This document shows positions 42,199-52,904 of a stretch of 64,000 nucleotides of DNA, piece by piece. Source of the stretch: Alphaproteobacteria bacterium. GTDB taxonomy: Bacteria; Pseudomonadota; Alphaproteobacteria; Rs-D84; JAERRO01. How positions within the stretch are numbered: the first letter of the stretch is position 1; every line of letters starts with the position of its first letter. Where the stretch lies: contig JAERRO010000001.1 in the NCBI GenBank assembly GCA_016735395.1, positions 2,428-66,427 on the forward strand, written 5' to 3'. The translations under genes were made by a program, and so were the position numbers. Under the pieces are notes generated by a model. That model made no database searches, was not told the DNA's origin, and saw only the letters and a program-made list of their open reading frames with translations.

Positions 42199-45100
42199 AT
42201 GACTAACAATAATTTGACCGGATCACAAAACTTTCAATGGGTACAAGCTAATGCCGGGACGGGGAAGACCTATTTTCTAGTTCACGAATTTGTAGCTTTG
42301 CTTTTAAAGGGAGCTAGTCCTCTGTCTATTTTGTGTTTGACATTTTCTAATAATGCATCTTTCGAGATACAGAACAGAATAAATGAACTATTTCAAGAAC
42401 TTATCAGGGCAAATACGACAGAGTTAACTGAAAAATGTCGGAGAGATTTTCCCTTTTTATTAGACGGTTCTATCTGTAAAATTTCTAATTTGGAAAGTTA
42501 TATCGATTCTATATATTTCAATTTTTTGATCAACTCAGATAAAACTATGATAATGACTTTTCACACTTTTTGTTCTACCATATTGTCGAGTTTTTCTTTT
42601 GAGTTAAAACGATTTTTTATGTATGGACAACATACGAATGAAAATAATATAGACGAGTTGATCTCTTCTATTCCTATAAAACTAGAGACACTTTTAAGAT
42701 CTTATAGAGCTCAAGAGAAAGTAGATAACCTCTTCAAGTTTAAAGATAATACTATAAAGATAGATGAAATAGATAAAGCATTGAATATAATTTTTGAAGA
42801 AGGGTCAGATGTATTTGAAAAGAAAGTTTTAAGAGGGATAAACTCTGTATTGAATATCTCCGCGATGAGAAATATCTACTCAAACTTTGAATCTTGGGAC
42901 GACATTTTACGACAGTTTGAGATTTTATACTCAGTAAAATTTGAAGATAAAATAATCTTATTTAACGATGATAACGAAGAGAAAAAAATACTAGAAATAT
43001 TAAAAAATATAAAAATATTATACGAACAAAATCTCTCTATAGTATTGTCTGGCGATACAAAAAGTTATAATCTCATTAACTCTATTTTAGATAATCCCAG
43101 AGATATGTCTTTATATGAGAAACTATTTTTGACCGGTGCAGGAACCGTTAGAGCAAAACAATTAAACAAAGGCTTTTCGAATATCGTACCGCAAGATCAA
43201 CTAGATGGTCTAGAAGATTTAAAGGATAAATATATAAATTTTCATACGGTGAAAAATAATCAAAAAAATATGATAGTTTCCAGTTCTATACTTCTTTTGA
43301 AGTTAACTATACTAGAACTATTTCAAATTGAAAAGGAGAGTCTCGGGTGGAACACTTATAACGATATTATTTTTTCTATGCTCGATATTAGTCAAGAACC
43401 CGATATGATAGGCTTTTTGATGGAACAGTTTGATGTAAAAATTAGTCATATGTTAATAGACGAGTCTCAAGATACTTCTAAAGAACAGTGGAACATATTT
43501 AAAGAACTAATAGAAACTCTTATCACGGACGATAAAAAGTCTTTAAAAATAGTCGGGGATCCTAAACAAAGCATCTACAGTTTTCAAGGGGCAGATTCAA
43601 AATCTTTCTCCGATACAAAGACATATCTAAACGATTTTTTCGATACCCATAAGTTAAAGTTGGATCAAAAAGTATTAGATACATCTTTCAGAAGTTCGCC
43701 CGTTATAACCGACTTTACTACACACTATACAGAAAAATTTATTCCAGATTATAAAGGTATTCATAAAACTACTAGATACGACCTTGACGGAGAAATTAAA
43801 ATTCATCCTGTCAAAGAAAAAGACAAATTTATAGAATATACTGTAGAACAGATAAAAGATACTATTAAAAGTAAAAAGCTAGAACCGTCGGATGTCCTCA
43901 TTTTATATAGAAAAAATATGGGTCTAGAAGTTTCTACGATATTTAAGGGACTCGCAGAAGAGTATCCTATTGTAGGATTTAAAACTGGAGCAATCCAAAA
44001 ATCGCCGATAGTTCAAGAACTTCTAGCTTTAATTCAGATAGCACGATATCAATACGACGATTTTGCACTGGCATATTTTTTGACATCTGTCTGGAATAAG
44101 CTGACATTAGTAGATCTAGAAACCATAACTCAAGAGGACGGTAAATCATTATTCGTAAAATTAAAAAGATATAATGAAAAATATAAAAACATAAATTATA
44201 TATTCGACAATATAAAGACGATTTCTGAAACATTAAATACAGCAAATTCTATATTAGATTTTTTCGTTAAACTAAATTGTAAAATCGATATAAAGGAACA
44301 GCTAATTTTAAAATACGGAGTCGTTGCAGATAACTTATACTCGTCGTTTTTAAATTATGTTATAGAATGGGACAAAACGAAATCTCTAGACTTTGCAGGG
44401 TTCTACGAGTGGATTACTAATACTGACAACAAATTTGGAGAAGATGTCAAAGGTAATAATGCTATCAAAATAATGACGATACACGGTGCTAAAGGACTAG
44501 AAGCTAAAGCCGTCTTTTTAATAGACTCTACTTTTAAAATTAAAGACGAAGATATATTATTTGATGATAAAACTAAAATTATGTTTCCAACTAAATATAA
44601 GCCAGAGACCTTTTGCGATTTATCATCGAAGATAGAGGACGAAGAAAATAGACTTTTATATGTCGCTATGACCAGAGCCAAGTCTATATTTCACGTTTTC
44701 GCAATGAGCAATTTTAAACTTAAAGAAGACTGTTGGTATAATAAACTTATAGACACGATAGAAAAATTAGATCCTATGAGATATGATGACGGAAGTTTTT
44801 CCATTAAATATCAAGGGACTAAGGTAGATAACTTAAAGTGTAATCTACCTAATACAGACGGTCATATATATAAGATAAGTTCAAAATCGACCTATCATAG
44901 TAGAGAGAAAGGACAAGAAGTAGTTTCACGGGATCCTAGTTATGAAGAGAAAAGGGGTACTTTCTTTCACAATTTGATTCCAGTTCTCGTATCTGTAGAT
45001 CGTAGTCGGATCGAAGAAATGATCGATGCAAAGTTAAAAAAGAATTTTATATTTCAGGAGGATAAATTACTGTTTTTAAGATGGACCGATCTACTATATA

Positions 45101-45378
45101 AAAATGATACGGCCTATAAGATAATTTCTAACAAGAAAGCTATATTCGAAGCCGAGATTATAACGGAAAATAATCAAATCCGGAGGATAGACTTTCTATT
45201 GATAGTAGATAATATTATCTATTTAATCGACTTCAAGACGGACACAAAAAAGTCTAATAGATATTATAAACAATTATCGTCTTACCATAAAACTGTCAAA
45301 AGTAGTCGTCCTGATACAGATATAAAAACTTTTATATACTGGGTCAATTTTGGAGAACTAGACGAATTAGACCTCTGA
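42199..45378 (+). CDS. addA: AddA-type UvrD helicase/nuclease
   Basis: ANAGTGKT, IDESQD, VGDPKQSIYSFQGA, MTIHGAKGLE, YVAMTRA, C-terminal RIDFL..IDFKT. Confidence 0.88.
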   Translation: MTNNNLTGSQNFQWVQANAGTGKTYFLVHEFVALLLKGASPLSILCLTFSNNASFEIQNRINELFQELIRANTTELTEKCRRDFPFLLDGSICKISNLESYIDSIYFNFLINSDKTMIMTFHTFCSTILSSFSFELKRFFMYGQHTNENNIDELISSIPIKLETLLRSYRAQEKVDNLFKFKDNTIKIDEIDKALNIIFEEGSDVFEKKVLRGINSVLNISAMRNIYSNFESWDDILRQFEILYSVKFEDKIILFNDDNEEKKILEILKNIKILYEQNLSIVLSGDTKSYNLINSILDNPRDMSLYEKLFLTGAGTVRAKQLNKGFSNIVPQDQLDGLEDLKDKYINFHTVKNNQKNMIVSSSILLLKLTILELFQIEKESLGWNTYNDIIFSMLDISQEPDMIGFLMEQFDVKISHMLIDESQDTSKEQWNIFKELIETLITDDKKSLKIVGDPKQSIYSFQGADSKSFSDTKTYLNDFFDTHKLKLDQKVLDTSFRSSPVITDFTTHYTEKFIPDYKGIHKTTRYDLDGEIKIHPVKEKDKFIEYTVEQIKDTIKSKKLEPSDVLILYRKNMGLEVSTIFKGLAEEYPIVGFKTGAIQKSPIVQELLALIQIARYQYDDFALAYFLTSVWNKLTLVDLETITQEDGKSLFVKLKRYNEKYKNINYIFDNIKTISETLNTANSILDFFVKLNCKIDIKEQLILKYGVVADNLYSSFLNYVIEWDKTKSLDFAGFYEWITNTDNKFGEDVKGNNAIKIMTIHGAKGLEAKAVFLIDSTFKIKDEDILFDDKTKIMFPTKYKPETFCDLSSKIEDEENRLLYVAMTRAKSIFHVFAMSNFKLKEDCWYNKLIDTIEKLDPMRYDDGSFSIKYQGTKVDNLKCNLPNTDGHIYKISSKSTYHSREKGQEVVSRDPSYEEKRGTFFHNLIPVLVSVDRSRIEEMIDAKLKKNFIFQEDKLLFLRWTDLLYKNDTAYKIISNKKAIFEAEIITENNQIRRIDFLLIVDNIIYLIDFKTDTKKSNRYYKQLSSYHKTVKSSRPDTDIKTFIYWVNFGELDELDL

Positions 45379-45448
45379 GTACTTTACCTTTGACTTTTAT
45401 CTCTTTTATTTTTAATATATAAATAATAAAATTTATTGAGGATCTTCG

Positions 45449-47140
45449 ATGTTATTATCGCTACATGTAGAAAATATTTTGCTAGCCAAAAAATTGGATA
45501 TTTCTTTCGATGACAAGATGACCGTCTTCACGGGAGAGACAGGATCCGGAAAGTCTATTTTTATAAACTCGTTGTTAATTTCTCTAGGTGAAAAAGTGTC
45601 TGAATCTTTAATAAGGAAGGGATCTAATTCAGCTTCAATTACTTCTATTTTTGAGTTGTACACTGATCATCCAGTATGGAAAATCTTGGACGAAGCAGGG
45701 ATAACTTACGAAGATAATAAGCTTATATTAAAGAGGATCTTAAAATTTGATCAAAATCAAAATTTTAAACATCTAATTTTTATTAACAATCAACCTTCTA
45801 CCATAAAAATAGCGAAGTCTATATCGCCTCTAATCTTAGACATCCATCAACAACTCAATCAACAGTTTCTACTCGATTCTAAAAATCACCTTGATATTCT
45901 AGACGAATTTGCTATCAAAAATTTAGACGACATAGATCTGTCAACTGCAAAAGTAAAATTTAGGACAACATATAACGAATTTATCGCCGTAAAAAAAATA
46001 GAGGAAGAATTTTTAGAACAGGTTAGACGAGATGCCGAGGATAAAGATTTTATCCTAGATAGCCTAGAAAAAATTAAAACCGTGAACCCACTCAAAGGCG
46101 AAGTAGAAGAATTAGCTGTCAAAAGAAAAGAACTTATGATCGCTAAAAGACAAATAGAAAAGATCGCAGAAATTAGTTCTGTTTTTAAAGAGTCAGATCC
46201 AGTAGACAAAATAAATCGTGCACGAAAACTTCTAGCAATGATAGATCCAGTAGAAAAAGAACTGCTAGAAAAGATAAAATCTTTCGACGATGCCGTCGAA
46301 ACTATATTCGTAATGCGAGACATTATAGAAGATAAATTATTTTTAGCCGGAGCTTCGGATAAAGAACTTGATACCATAGAAGAAAGGCTTTTTCTATTGA
46401 AGGCAGAATCTAGACGACACAATATTATAGCCGAAGATTTACATCTGCTATACGGAGAGCTTCAGGAGAAGGAATCTAAATTTGATAACTATGAAACTAT
46501 GATCGTAGAGCATAGATCTAACACGGAGAAAGCCGAAAATTTGATGAAGGTACAATCAAAAAATTTGTCCGAAATGCGGGTATATGCTTCGAAACTTTTG
46601 CAAAAATCTATACAAAGAGAACTCGCCGATGTCCGCCTGGAGAAGGCTAATTTTATAGTGCATCACGAAGATAAACTTATAACCTCGAATGGAGGCGATC
46701 ATATCATTTTTAGGGCTTCTACTAATCCCGGAATGCCGGTAGGAGATCTGAATCTTATCGCCAGTGGAGGAGAGTTAGCAAGATTTATTTTAGCTATGAA
46801 AGTTATTCTCGTGAGTATTAGTCCTGTATCTTTAATGGTCTTCGATGAAATAGATCAAGGTATCTCGGGGGCAGTAGCGAATGCTATTGGAAAAAGACTC
46901 AAGTTGTTAGCCGATACGAAACAAGTATTTGCCATTACTCATTCTCCGTTAGTCGCTAGATGGGGGGATAACCATTTCCAGGTGCATAAAACTCAAGAGG
47001 TAGATATTACTACATTGACGGTCTCTAAATTGTCTATCACGGACAGAGTAGGGGCTATAGCAAAACTTATTTCAGATGATAATGTAACTGAAGAGGCCAC
47101 TGAAACTGCAAAAAAATTATTGCAGATCGATGAACTTTAA
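45449..47140 (+). CDS. recN: DNA repair protein RecN
   Basis: TGETGSGKS, ASGGELAR, FDEIDQGISG, ITHSP. Confidence 0.96.
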   Translation: MLLSLHVENILLAKKLDISFDDKMTVFTGETGSGKSIFINSLLISLGEKVSESLIRKGSNSASITSIFELYTDHPVWKILDEAGITYEDNKLILKRILKFDQNQNFKHLIFINNQPSTIKIAKSISPLILDIHQQLNQQFLLDSKNHLDILDEFAIKNLDDIDLSTAKVKFRTTYNEFIAVKKIEEEFLEQVRRDAEDKDFILDSLEKIKTVNPLKGEVEELAVKRKELMIAKRQIEKIAEISSVFKESDPVDKINRARKLLAMIDPVEKELLEKIKSFDDAVETIFVMRDIIEDKLFLAGASDKELDTIEERLFLLKAESRRHNIIAEDLHLLYGELQEKESKFDNYETMIVEHRSNTEKAENLMKVQSKNLSEMRVYASKLLQKSIQRELADVRLEKANFIVHHEDKLITSNGGDHIIFRASTNPGMPVGDLNLIASGGELARFILAMKVILVSISPVSLMVFDEIDQGISGAVANAIGKRLKLLADTKQVFAITHSPLVARWGDNHFQVHKTQEVDITTLTVSKLSITDRVGAIAKLISDDNVTEEATETAKKLLQIDEL

Positions 47141-48045
47141 TCCTTTACTATTGCATAAACTTTTTTTAACCACCGCGGATAATATGAAAACTTATATAAC
47201 AATTTGTAAACTTTATACCATCTAGGGTTTCTCATATATCTACCTAAAAAATCTTTAAATCGTTGAAGTTTAATACTATTTTTATCTTCGTATATCCACC
47301 AAGATTTTGGGTAGCCGTGAAAGACTACTATTATACTGCTAGAAATTTCTCTCGGAGGAAGTAGGAGGTTAAACGGAAAACGAGGTTTACAATGACTTTT
47401 AAAACTTACGATTTTATCAAAATCTAACCACCGTAGGTCTCCTTTTTCAAAAATACTATCTATCACATATTCTTGTTCTGCGGTGGTATATTTTTTTAGA
47501 ATGCTTTCATAATTTTCTTCAAATTTTTCTAAAATACTATGATATTTTCCTATAGGCATCAAATATGTACTTGTATTTCCTACATCTCCTAATCTCGGTT
47601 TCTTATTAGAATCTTTATTTATATCTCCTCTGACGAAGTCTTTACGGACATAAAATTTATCTCTATCTGTTCCTTCTAATAGGTCTTTGATATCACCAGT
47701 AATGACTACATCTATGTCTAGAAATAGAAGTCTACCTTTTAATCCGTATAAGTCTTTAGAGAACATCAACAGTTTTTTCCACGGTCCTCTATTTACAGAC
47801 AACTTGTCTAGTATTTTATGAGGTTTTAACGGCAACGGCATTATCCCTTTGTCTAGACCTTCTGCATCTTCCGTTATACAATAAAATTTATACTTTATAG
47901 AGGTATGATGGACAATGCCCCTGTATAGTTTATTTACATCCTCTGACGAAAATAGTTTACCCCACTTCATACATACTATTTTTAGTTCATCAGATTTTTG
48001 GGTTGTTTTAAATTTGTTCATTTTACTACTCCATTTAAATTTCAT
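47137..48045 (-). CDS. Glycosyltransferase (GT-A fold)
   Basis: CMKWG..VNKLY, WKKL, FLDIDVVI (DxD), VFHGYPK. Confidence 0.75.
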   Translation of the reverse strand: MKFKWSSKMNKFKTTQKSDELKIVCMKWGKLFSSEDVNKLYRGIVHHTSIKYKFYCITEDAEGLDKGIMPLPLKPHKILDKLSVNRGPWKKLLMFSKDLYGLKGRLLFLDIDVVITGDIKDLLEGTDRDKFYVRKDFVRGDINKDSNKKPRLGDVGNTSTYLMPIGKYHSILEKFEENYESILKKYTTAEQEYVIDSIFEKGDLRWLDFDKIVSFKSHCKPRFPFNLLLPPREISSSIIVVFHGYPKSWWIYEDKNSIKLQRFKDFLGRYMRNPRWYKVYKLLYKFSYYPRWLKKVYAIVKD

Positions 48046-48164
48046 ACACCTCTAAATAATACCAATTTTATAGAACTTTTCAATAGTTTTCAATTATATT
48101 TTTACCCTTGAAATCGACAACGACTTGACATAGTATATAAACTAGATATAAAAAAAGGTTCTCT

Positions 48165-49610
48165 ATGTTCGACGGTATTACAAGAAAAATAACCGGTGTC
48201 TTTGACAAAATTAGCGGTGGACGGAGACTTTCAGAGTCTGTCCTACAAACGGTTTTGAGAGAACTTAAAGTTGCTCTGCTAGAATCGGATGTCCCTGTAG
48301 GTAGTGTAGACAATATTATAGCGGTAATAGGAGAGAAATTTATAGGTGAAAAAGTTACTAGATCTGTATCTGCGAAAGAAGAGATCATTAAGATAACACA
48401 CGATACATTGTTAAATATCTTAACCGATAAGGATGACAAAGATCCATTTGGAAAGGCACCTAGTATATCTATGCTTATAGGGTTGCAGGGAACTGGAAAA
48501 ACTACTACTACCGTCAAATTAGCAAATTTGCTTAATAAAAAAGGCTCGAAAGTTTTAGTCGTTAGTACCGACATTTATAGACCTCAAGCGAAAGAACAGT
48601 TATCTATTATGTCCGATAAAAATAATGTAGATTCTGTTCGACCTATTAAAGACGAGGCTATTAACAAAACTTTAGAGAGAGCACTGGCAAAGTTTAAAGA
48701 AGAAAAGTTCGATCATCTATTGATAGATACCGCTGGACGATTGTCTCTAGATCCGAAGATGATGCAAGAGTTAAAAGACATCTATGAAACGATAAAACCC
48801 AATAATGTCATTCTAACTTTAAATGCTATGAGTGGTAAAAAGACTATTCAAGATGCACTAACTTTTCACGACAATACGACTATCACACATGCCATATTGT
48901 CTAGTGTCGATGCCGACTCAAACGGTGGTATAGCACTGGCTTTAAGACATATAGTCCGGGTTCCGCTTATATATGTGGGAACAGGCGAAGATATCGAAGA
49001 TATAGACAAATTTCACCCAGAAAGGTTCGTAAAACAGATTTTAGGACACGGAGATGTCGTATCTTTAGTAGAAAAAATTCAAGATAAAGTAGATATCGAG
49101 GATACAGAATCTTTTATCAAAAAAATGACCTCCGGAGGAGAATTTTCGTTAGACGATATGCTTTCACAGATTAGACAAATTAAGAAAATGGGATCTATCA
49201 CTAAAATTGCTAGCTTTATCCCTGGGCTTTCTAAATTTACTAAACAACTAGAAGGCTCGGGAGATGCAATTTCTAAACAGGAAAATCTAATCTTATCTAT
49301 GACAAAAAATGAACGACGAAACCCGCAAATTATCTTCATCTCTAGAAAAGAGAGAATCGCGAAGGGGGCTGGTAGATCTGTCAGTGATGTCGAACAACTA
49401 CTTAAAGCTCATAAGAATATGGCTAATATGTTTAAAAATATGCCGGCCAATAACGGAGATCCGTCCGATATGCTAAAAGGACTACAAGGACAAATGCCAC
49501 AGGGTATCGATATGTCGAAGATGGAGTCTATGGTCGCAGATATGCAACAGAATCCTTCAAAGTTCAACGACTTAATGTCTAAATTTTCAAGCGGTAAGAA
49601 GGACTCATAA
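48165..49610 (+). CDS. ffh: Signal recognition particle protein Ffh
   Basis: ALLESDV, GLQGTGKTTT, DTAGR, GTGE..FHPER, M domain SRKERIAKGAG. Confidence 0.93.
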   Translation: MFDGITRKITGVFDKISGGRRLSESVLQTVLRELKVALLESDVPVGSVDNIIAVIGEKFIGEKVTRSVSAKEEIIKITHDTLLNILTDKDDKDPFGKAPSISMLIGLQGTGKTTTTVKLANLLNKKGSKVLVVSTDIYRPQAKEQLSIMSDKNNVDSVRPIKDEAINKTLERALAKFKEEKFDHLLIDTAGRLSLDPKMMQELKDIYETIKPNNVILTLNAMSGKKTIQDALTFHDNTTITHAILSSVDADSNGGIALALRHIVRVPLIYVGTGEDIEDIDKFHPERFVKQILGHGDVVSLVEKIQDKVDIEDTESFIKKMTSGGEFSLDDMLSQIRQIKKMGSITKIASFIPGLSKFTKQLEGSGDAISKQENLILSMTKNERRNPQIIFISRKERIAKGAGRSVSDVEQLLKAHKNMANMFKNMPANNGDPSDMLKGLQGQMPQGIDMSKMESMVADMQQNPSKFNDLMSKFSSGKKDS

Positions 49611-49614
49611 TACT

Positions 49615-50262
49615 ATGATACAGAGATTGAATTCTAATAAGATTAAAAAATCGAATTCTTCTTCGCAGTGGATGAGACGACATCTTAACGATCATTTTGT
49701 TAAAAAGGCTAATAAACTAAACTACAGATCTAGAGCCGTCTTCAAATTAGAAGAAATTCAAGATAAATTTCACATATTAAAAGACAATCAGACTATTATA
49801 GATCTAGGGGTGTCGCCTGGAGGGTGGTCGCAGTGGATACTGCAAAATCAACAGAACTCGTCCGTTTTGGCGGTAGATCTAATAGACTGTGAGCCTTTCA
49901 GCAATCGTGTAAAGTTTTACAAAGGTGACTTTACAGACAAAAAAACTCAAGAGTGGTTAGTCGATAAGTCTGGGGGAAAAGTAAACATCATTTTATCAGA
50001 CATAGCACCTAATACCACGGGAAATCATAAAGTAGATGCCTTAAAGATGTCTGTGATTTTAGAAGATATCATATCTTTTTCAGACGACTTTTTACTTCCC
50101 GGTGGACACCTAGTTATGAAGTCTTTTATGTCTAACTTCGATGCTCAACTATCTAAATTGTTGAAGGAAAAGTTTAAAATGGTTAAACACTTTAAACCTA
50201 AATCTAGTCGGAAAGAATCACCAGAGATATATATAATTGCTATTAGTAAGAAAAAGTCTTAA
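49615..50262 (+). CDS. rlmE: 23S rRNA Um2552 methyltransferase RlmE
   Basis: YRSRAVFKL, DLGVSPGGW, SDIAPN, KPKSSRKES.E. Confidence 0.93.
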   Translation: MIQRLNSNKIKKSNSSSQWMRRHLNDHFVKKANKLNYRSRAVFKLEEIQDKFHILKDNQTIIDLGVSPGGWSQWILQNQQNSSVLAVDLIDCEPFSNRVKFYKGDFTDKKTQEWLVDKSGGKVNIILSDIAPNTTGNHKVDALKMSVILEDIISFSDDFLLPGGHLVMKSFMSNFDAQLSKLLKEKFKMVKHFKPKSSRKESPEIYIIAISKKKS

Positions 50263-50276
50263 TCGGTATTTTTTAC

Positions 50277-50305
50277 TTGATTTTTTTATTTTTTTGTGCT
50301 ATACT
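50277..50305 (+). promoter_or_regulatory. Sigma70-type promoter with poly-T spacer
   Basis: TTGATT-17bp-TATACT with TG extension; T7-A-T7 tract spans the -35 box and spacer. Confidence 0.6.
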
Positions 50306-50331
50306 AAAAATAGTAGCGAAAGGGTCATATC

Positions 50332-50655
50332 ATGAATTATAAGTCTTATCTATTTATCTTTTTAATTGTAATATTTGTGTCTCCTATCACATATGCTTAT
50401 AAAAGTGTTTCTACTAGAACTCTCGGAAAAATAGAATCCGAAAATCAAAACATAACTGTCAATTGTACTACTAATACTGGGACACTTTCAAATCAGTTGT
50501 GCTATTTGCGACGATATGCAAAGTGTAATAAAAAGTCAAACGGAAAATACAACTGTAACGGTTGGAACGAATGGACTATCGTAGGAGAAATAAATAGCTT
50601 CGACACTTGGCAACAAGGGGCTAGATATTGCTGTGGAATACTAGGTCTCCAATAA
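50332..50655 (+). CDS. Small secreted Cys-rich protein
   Basis: Signal peptide ending ITYA; six Cys in the mature part. Confidence 0.65.
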   Translation: MNYKSYLFIFLIVIFVSPITYAYKSVSTRTLGKIESENQNITVNCTTNTGTLSNQLCYLRRYAKCNKKSNGKYNCNGWNEWTIVGEINSFDTWQQGARYCCGILGLQ

Positions 50656-50817
50656 AGTACTTTGCCGTAGATACGATCCAGTCCGTATAACGGATTACTC
50701 TTCAAAATTTCAAGTTTCATAGGTCAATCTATACCTAGTTGAACGATTGTTTATGTGTCGTCTATTTCTATCATATTTTCTAAAATAACTCGTGAATACT
50801 CTCAAAAAGGACACAAT

Positions 50818-51615
50818 ATGGCTTCTCCGTCAATAATAATTACTGCTTTTTCTATTATAAAGGGGGTCTTCGAAGTTGTCACTTCGTGGAAGCAGACGAA
50901 TTCTACTACTACAAATTCTATCATAAAAAGGACCGAGATAATCGAAAATGATGCTTCTATTACTCCTAAATTTTTTCTAGGATATATTAGCGAAAATTAC
51001 GAATCGGGGAAGGCGAAGACTAAAGCCATCAATCTTGTACGAGACAAAATTACAAGAAAAATTGTCTGTAATCCTATGGATCCCGGCGGATGTAGCTACG
51101 GGAGATGGCAAATTTCTACTAGGCGAAAGACTATGCTAAAATTTCTAAAATATTTGGAGAAACATAATATTAGGTTCTTCGACAAGTTAAATAAAGCAGG
51201 CGGAGAGACTGGTGCGACTAACGGGTGTAATAAATTTATTTCCGCCTGGAGATCTATCGCTACGGATCTGGAGTTTCAAAAGTTAGAATACTTCTTCATC
51301 AAAACATCGCACTATGATGTCCTGCTGTCTCCTATATCTAAAATTTGCCCCGACTATTTTGAAAGACATTATATATTAAAGAATGTACTTTGGTCTTGCG
51401 GAATACAACACGGAAAACGGGGAACTACGATGATCTATAACAGAGCCTTTAAACAGTTAGACGACGATCCTAGCGATCTAGAAATTATCGAGGCCATCTA
51501 TTTTGAAAGAAAGAAACTCGGTACATATTTTTCCGATTGTGTAGATCTGCATAAATCGCTTAAAAGAAGATTCAACGGTGAAGAAAGAAAAGTAATATAT
51601 TTTTTAAATAGTTAG
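50818..51615 (+). CDS. VgrG3-C-like peptidoglycan muramidase (lysozyme-like)
   Basis: LGYISENYESG, DPGGCSYGRWQI, F..AW, HYD, VLWSCGIQHG, IEAIY.ER, RRF..E; ATG at 50818 after AAGGA. Confidence 0.7.
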   Translation: MASPSIIITAFSIIKGVFEVVTSWKQTNSTTTNSIIKRTEIIENDASITPKFFLGYISENYESGKAKTKAINLVRDKITRKIVCNPMDPGGCSYGRWQISTRRKTMLKFLKYLEKHNIRFFDKLNKAGGETGATNGCNKFISAWRSIATDLEFQKLEYFFIKTSHYDVLLSPISKICPDYFERHYILKNVLWSCGIQHGKRGTTMIYNRAFKQLDDDPSDLEIIEAIYFERKKLGTYFSDCVDLHKSLKRRFNGEERKVIYFLNS

Positions 51616-51617
51616 AG

Positions 51618-52190
51618 TTGACAACTATAATTTATGTTATATATATCTATAATATAAAGGATAATATCGTGCAAGAAAATATTTGTCTAACTCTTAAAAA
51701 ATATAAGCAAAAGAAGATACTGACGGAGGTCGTAAACAGTTTAGGGGTAGATGATAAATATGTCGCTAATATAGATCTATTTCATCTGACTCTTATAAAT
51801 GCATACTGTAGGTATAGAAAAGAGAAAAAGAAGCAGAAACATAAAAAGATTCAGGTTAGCCATAAAATAGATAGTTGTATACAAAAATATGAGGCCGATG
51901 TAGTTCCAAAGTCGTTAACCTTTATGAAAAATAATAGATATATATTTATAGTTTTACTAGTTAAATATAATCAACAGATAATAGATAGAAATACCCGTCT
52001 GTCTAAAAAATTCTACGGGAATAAGATTCTAAAATTTATACCTCATATTACTCTTGCGAAGATTCCTAAAGTCGATAAAATTTCTTTACCTGATTTGTCA
52101 AGATTTAATGTTAAAAGATTGCCTAAAATCACGATGGTGGGTGAAAATTTATATAGCCGTTTGAATAAAGGCCTTAATTTATCTAGATAG
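51618..52190 (+). CDS. 2H phosphoesterase (ThpR/LigT-like)
   Basis: Two HxT motifs: FHLTL and FIPHITLA. Confidence 0.7.
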   Translation: MTTIIYVIYIYNIKDNIVQENICLTLKKYKQKKILTEVVNSLGVDDKYVANIDLFHLTLINAYCRYRKEKKKQKHKKIQVSHKIDSCIQKYEADVVPKSLTFMKNNRYIFIVLLVKYNQQIIDRNTRLSKKFYGNKILKFIPHITLAKIPKVDKISLPDLSRFNVKRLPKITMVGENLYSRLNKGLNLSR

Positions 52191-52220
52191 AGGTCGACAT
52201 AAGTTGTAAACAGATTCTTA

Positions 52221-52832
52221 TTAGAAAATATCTTTTTCTGCAGTCGAGTCTAGTCTAGAAATAATCAAATTCCAGTCAATTAAATTATCTAAAGTAGATC
52301 GAACAAAATCTGCCCGCAAATTTTTGTAGTCTAAATAATAGGCATGTTCCCATACATCTATGACTAGTAAAACTACTCCGCCATACAATAGTGGGGTTTC
52401 GCCATTAAGTGTATTTTTTATTTCTAAAACATTTTCTTTATTGAGTACTAACCATACCCATCCGGAGCCAAAAAGTCCTAAAGAAGATTTTACGAACTCT
52501 TCTTTAAAGTTGTCTACGGAGCCGAAGTCTTTTACGATTAGAGATTTTAATTTACCGTCTTGAAAATCAACTGATTTCTTTAACTGTTTAAAAAACATTG
52601 TGTGATTGTAGTGTTGTCCTGCATTATTAAAAATGCCGACATTCTTATCGCTACTAGACTTCTTTATAACCTGCTCGATATCTAGCCCGACATAGTCCGT
52701 ACCTTCAATCAACTTATTTAGATTATTCACATATGTTTGGTGGTGTTTGCTATAGTGTATCTCTACAGTTTCCGCGGACATATACGGCGATAAATCGTCA
52801 TAGCCATAATCTAGTTTTGGTATCTCAAACAT
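52221..52832 (-). CDS. sodB: Fe/Mn superoxide dismutase
   Basis: HYSKHHQTY, FNNAGQHYNH, FGSGWVWL, DVWEHAYY; ATG at 52832 after AAGGAGA. Confidence 0.92.
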   Translation of the reverse strand: MFEIPKLDYGYDDLSPYMSAETVEIHYSKHHQTYVNNLNKLIEGTDYVGLDIEQVIKKSSSDKNVGIFNNAGQHYNHTMFFKQLKKSVDFQDGKLKSLIVKDFGSVDNFKEEFVKSSLGLFGSGWVWLVLNKENVLEIKNTLNGETPLLYGGVVLLVIDVWEHAYYLDYKNLRADFVRSTLDNLIDWNLIISRLDSTAEKDIF

Positions 52833-52904
52833 AATATCTCCTTTTCTACAAGTCATTTATTCTAAAATATAAAATTTTAGAAAAAATGTCAACCCACGAT
52901 TTAT

